A DNA stretch of 59,776 bases, the filler included, from Dugesia japonica (Eukaryota), in NCBI GenBank assembly GCA_001938525.1. It is 4 parts of 4 records of this genome, joined end to end, with 100 filler letters (N's around TTAATTAATTAA, not from the genome) between each part and the next. Parts side by side here need not be neighbours in the genome. Positions count along the whole stretch, not along the records: positions 48,205 to 59,776 come from MQRL01598621.1; 3 more parts are not named here. The stretch is one strand, 5' to 3'. A program made the position numbers and the translations under genes. Below the pieces are notes generated by a model that was given only the letters and a program-made list of their open reading frames with translations, was not told the DNA's origin and searched no databases. Below are positions 54,661 to 59,776 of this stretch, piece after piece (positions within the stretch are counted from its first letter, which is position 1; each line of letters starts with the position of its first letter).

Positions 54661-55399
54661 CTATTTAATTTTTCACTTTGTTGTTTCTATAATTGTTTGA
54701 CCACCTGTAACCATGTTTTTCTTACTCAAAATAAAATCCTCTATTGAATGGATACTTTTATGTTCAAATTCGAGTTTCTCTTTTCAAAATTCATAATTTC
54801 CTCTATAAGTACATGTTATTTTTATATAACATTTTATCTATAAAATCTGATTTTAAATTTATATATTTGGAATCAGTGAAAGATTCTCTATCAAATGCAT
54901 ACCTTTATGGCGAATATTGAGATACTTTATCAATTTTCGAAAAACGTTACCAAATCCGAGAAAACAGCTGAATATCTTCGTTAGGAAGCATTTTTACTGA
55001 GACGATATTTTAACTTTACATTCCCACTTTTTCCTCCTGAGTAAAATAATACTAAATTCGAAACCATACGCGTAATTTACGAAGAGAAAATGGAGTACCA
55101 AAATTCAAAAGTTGAGATTTTTCACGGATAAACTTTAGCGATTTTAGGTTTATATAATTGGAATCAGGAAAACATTTTTTATCTAATATACATGGTTATT
55201 TATTGTAGAGATGAGAAATATTTTTTTCCTAAAAACTTTTATTTGTGAAAAATAATCTCCATCGAATTCTGCATCGATTGATGTACAACTCTCGACAAAA
55301 ATATTTTTCAAAAATTTCGAAATTTCATGTGTTCTCCTAGATTCTCAAAATAATTGAATTTAAAAATTTTATAAATCTGAAAATTTAAACAAAAATGAC

Positions 55400-56053
55400 C
55401 TAATTTAACCAATTTACCACAAAATTTTTAAGTAATTTTAAAAAACTTGAAAATTTAAAAAAATTTGACTTTACCATGAATTTCCGTAAAAACTTTACTT
55501 AAATTGACCAATTCGAGGAAATAATTTAACAAAACGTCCAAAAATGACATAAACCGACCAATCCAGAGGATTTATTGCCTAAACCGTATAAATAATTGAT
55601 CGAACCACACAAAAATTGCCCAAACTGAACAATCCCGAAGAAATATTTGACCAAATTCACCTAGATTAATCAAAAATCCACATCATTCCACCTCACCAAA
55701 TAAATTCCCAACTAAATACACAGTAAAAATATTGCCACTTAAAACGCGTATAAAAATTTTCCCAATTAAATACACATGAAAAATAAAAAATACTGGATCA
55801 TTTAATCCGATTACATAAATTTCTCGACGATGAAATTAATCTTGCACACATAAATTTTGTTCGTCGCCTAAATATACAAAAATACTGAATCACTTATGTA
55901 ATAATCTCGCGACAAAATTAACTACATTATGTAATGCACAAAATGTGTGTCACGACCTATTTACATTAGAAAAATACTGGATCACTTATGTAATAATCCG
56001 ATTAAGTCAACAGGCATGGGGAGGGTGATCCAGTGCGCTACTATTCTACTACT
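55400..56053. mobile_element. Second putative Polinton terminal repeat
   Basis: Similar to 50512-50746; ccaat subrepeats; ends gctactat-tcta-CTACT abutting a truncated LTR. Confidence 0.6.
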
Positions 56054-57630
56054 CACTAAATATTTACATTTAAAAACTTTTGTAAACAAATATTTTTTTA
56101 AAGCTATTCAATTAAATGTCAAATTTACATTTTAAAAATATTAAAAAATTTTTAAAATGACCTAACATCCCCCTTTTTAGAAATCTTTTAATTTTTTCAA
56201 AGTTTAGTTCTAACATCTTCAATATTTCGACAAATTTGTTTTTGTTCAAAGCTTCATCTTCTTCTTGTTTTTCGTCGTTTTGTTCGTCTTTTCATCGAAA
56301 TAGTATATTTTATCACCTTTACATATATCATCTTTTTCATCATATACTTTATTAAAATACCTTGAATTTTGTTGACTATTGTCATCTCAATCATTTATAT
56401 AATGATTCTGTTTTCTGTTTTCAGTTTTTCATCTTTCAGGCTCTCGAACATTCTAGTAACTTGTTTGTTTATTTATATTTGTATAACAATCTTCAGTACG
56501 GTGTCCTTTTCTCATACACCTGAAACAACTGAATTTATTACAATCCCGTCTTAAACGTGAACTATATTGTTACAAGTCCAACATTTAATTTCTCGTCTTT
56601 TTTATTCATAGTCAAATCCCTTTTCTCTTTGTGCTTAATATTTTTTTCTACTTGTTCTGGTAATCTCTCTTTTGCATCTTTATCGATCTGTACAATATTG
56701 ACATAATCCATTTACATTTCTTCTTTTATGTTGTCAGTCTTTTATTGTTTGAAATATCTCGTTTATTTTATTCTTTTTTCCATACTTGATTTTAAGCTTT
56801 ATCTTATTATCATCACAACTGTTTATTATTAATTCCTTTGTTAAAAATTCCTTGTTCCATTTGTAAGACATTATCTTATCTACCATTTCTTCAATCCTTT
56901 TTTTATATATACTGAGAGGCTCTCCATTTCTTCGATAACTTAGAGCTTTTTCTATGTCTTTAATCATTGATAATGGCTTTAAGAAAGCTTTTCTCCATCT
57001 TTCTTTATATCCTAGAGCTTCATTTTCGTTTTCCTAAATTTCCCGTAGTTCTTTACCAAGAAGAGCTTTTACAAATTCATTTCTAAAACTTGTTAATATT
57101 CCGAACAAATCATAATATTTTGTAATCTTTTTAATAAAAATTTCAACATCGTCACCTTTTTTGAAGATTCCAGAAAATATTGCTTCGTTAAGCAGATCCA
57201 TTGATACGTTAGTTTTATTTGGTTTCTTCATTCCAATAAACTAAAATAAGACTTTTGATTCAACACTATTTAAAATACAAATAATTCATTGAAATTCTTC
57301 TTGCTTTTTGAATGCTTCTTTCAACACTTGCCTTTCCCAATTTATATTTTTAAATAATAATAAACTTAAACAAATTTATTATATTTATTAAAAATATATT
57401 TTACAAATATACAACTTTCGAATTTAAAATAATTTAAAAATAACCCGATAAAATCTAATTATTAAACTTTTCACAAAATATTTACATTTAAAAAATTAAT
57501 TCTTATAAAGCTTTTCAATTAAATTTCAAATTTACATTTTAAAATTTTCAACTAATAAAATTTGATTTTAATGAAATAATTATTACATTAAATTTTAAAA
57601 ATATTTACGAATTTTTAAAATTACCTAACA
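56054..57630 (-). mobile_element. Internally deleted LTR retrotransposon (Gypsy-like) with both LTR starts
   Basis: Direct repeats ending cctaaca at 56167 and 57630 (TGTTAGG on minus strand); PPT aaaaaggggga at about 56168-56178; gag-like IFKKGDDVEIFIKK. Confidence 0.8.
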
Positions 57631-58221
57631 TTTACAAAGTTCGCACCTGAGATAATGTAAGCCTCCTGACTCAGACAGCGCATATCCCTTTACTCATAAT
57701 AATTATTAAATTTTTTAGTGGCAAGTTTTTTGTAGAATTTCAAAATTTTAATTTTCAATTAAATTTTTTTAAGACATAAGAAACAAAAAAGGTGTTTGAT
57801 CTGATTATATTTTCTTTGTATTACTTTTTGACATTTTGACATTTCATTGATTTTAGTATGTTAGTTAATATGTACTAAAAAGTATTCATTTTAAGCGCAA
57901 ATACAAAAATTATAATATTAAAGTTGTGCTAAATGACTTGTTTAAAACAATAGGTTTTAAAAACTAACTTCAGGGCATACTTATTTTAAAAAAGTGGAGA
58001 AAAGCCTAACACTGTCTCTTGATGCAAAGTAACTTAATCTTAGGTTATTTGGAAAGTAACTTTGGTTCTTTTTTGTTGAAGCTTTAGTCTTAATTTAAAG
58101 CATCAAAGACACATTTAATTTATAAAATCAATACAAACTACAACAATTTACATATCTAGTTTGATTTATTTGTAAATTTTTTATAATTTATCAAAATAGC
58201 TTTTTAGGTAGGATATTTGAA

Positions 58222-58800
58222 ATGGCTGACCAAAAATTGTATTTTCTGCATGTTCTATTTTCTTATTACCAAAAGAGTATAAATAATGCACATTCCAGAA
58301 GAAAATTATGTGCAATGTATGGAGAAAAATCGAACGCCGATCTCAAACCGTGTTCTCTAGGTTTCGTTCGGGAAATTTCGACCTTCAAAATGAACAGGGT
58401 TCTGAAAGGCTAGTCAAAGCTGATGCTGACAAGCTGATGACTTTGCTTAAAGAAAACCAGCATCAAACAACCATAGAAATAGAATAGACATAAAATATGC
58501 TTAATTCAACTTTGATTATGTTGCAATTTCCAATGTCTTTATTCCATAATTTTTCACAGAAAGGAATCTAATTCATTGGGTTGAAATCTGAGAATCGCCG
58601 CTGAAACGTGTAAAAAACTGGCCAATCTTGATAAGAACCAAAACGGACAATGAAATGTGGATAATCTACTACAGCCACAAGCGGTAATGTAACATGAGAC
58701 ATGAATCCCTTCAAAGCATACCAAAAACATGTATCCGTGCAAAGAAAATGATGCTCTTTGTCTGGTAGTACTGGTTTACTGTTATGAACTGGAAACATCT
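58222..58800 (+). mobile_element. Mariner transposase fragment
   Basis: MADQKLYFLHVLFSYYQK...LCAMYGE, RFRSGNFDL, DNEMWIIY, KMMLFVW. Confidence 0.85.
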
Positions 58801-59776
58801 AAAGGAATGTATCAAACGGAAATGTTGTTATATATTTATTATTTTTCATTTATTGATTATGTGTATATTAATAATAAGGACAGAAATATTTATTGTGGTT
58901 TTTAGTTATTTTTAAAGTATAATGACTCTTTAGATTTCTTTTGTGATGGTTTTCAGGCGAGTAATCTTTGCTGCCATATGAAAGAATCTTTTACAGTGAC
59001 TTGTTCTTTAAGAGGTTTTACAAAATGTTTATACGCCATTTATATAACTATAAAGATAAGTTCTAAAAAGAAAAGGGTTTTAAAACAATAAAAGTCTCTG
59101 TCGAAGAAAAATTTAATTTATTTTTACTAGCCAGAAAATTTTTTTAAAGGTTTATGAATTATCATAAATCTTAATCTACAACTTTGAAAGTATATTCTTC
59201 AAATTTTAAAATAATTTTAATTTGATTGTATTCCATAATAGATACCCCACACATAGCACACTCTGACAAACAAAAATTTATAACGAATAATATTTCATAT
59301 TAATTTTATACATTTTCACATTCTATGGGTCACACAAACTTTACACTGATTATTGTAAAGTGAATTTTGGGTTTCAATCCGCATTATTTTATTAAAATCC
59401 TTTTCTTTTTCAAATCTTTTACAACCCTTAAGTCAATTAATTAATGTATGGATTATACTATTTACAGATGCGTATCTATGATAATTCTTCAGATACAATT
59501 TGTTTTTTTCAGTCAGTAAATACTTTTAAAATCCTTTTTGTGTTTAATTTTAATTTATTTTCATTTTAGTTATTTGCAACATTCCAAATATCCTCCGTTG
59601 AATTTAAAACAAAAACCTAACCGAGTTGATTATTTTAAAAACGACATTAATGAAATAATAAATTATATGGGAAGTAACCCCATTTACGTTTATACATAAT
59701 ATGTGCTAGCAATTCTATTATTATTATAAAGTAATACTTCTTCTGGGAATTATTTGAGAAATTATTTTGTGGTTGT

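Noticed and set aside
54598-54665. Functional tRNA gene
   Set aside because: A and B boxes only; acceptor and anticodon stems do not pair convincingly.

Overview
Very AT-rich eukaryotic (animal) genomic DNA, not prokaryotic. Introns of 35-60 nt and the repeat landscape would fit a flatworm such as a planarian, but that is inference. Three identical 100-bp spacers (44 N + TTAATTAATTAA + 44 N) suggest four artificially joined pieces: 1-22519, 22620-36798, 36899-48104 and 48205-59776. Host genes: two 3' exons of a zeta-crystallin/CRYZ-like quinone oxidoreductase, seven internal exons of VPS13D, and an intronless, disrupted CDC34/UBE2R copy. Most of the rest is decayed mobile DNA: Ty3/Gypsy LTR elements, Tc1/mariner, MULE, a hAT end, a Penelope-like RT and an RLE-type non-LTR element. 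The most notable content is viral or virus-like. (i) Scattered Polinton/Maverick parts: protein-primed PolB, integrase, major capsid fragments, an intact adenain-type protease with an apparent 35-nt intron, four related AGTAG-type termini and a 3-kb foldback. (ii) A frameshifted SF3 helicase resembling a CRESS-DNA virus Rep. (iii) A Gypsy element with an extra signal-peptide/FN3-like ORF in the env position. All family assignments come from motif recognition by eye; no database search was run, and boundaries of decayed elements are approximate.
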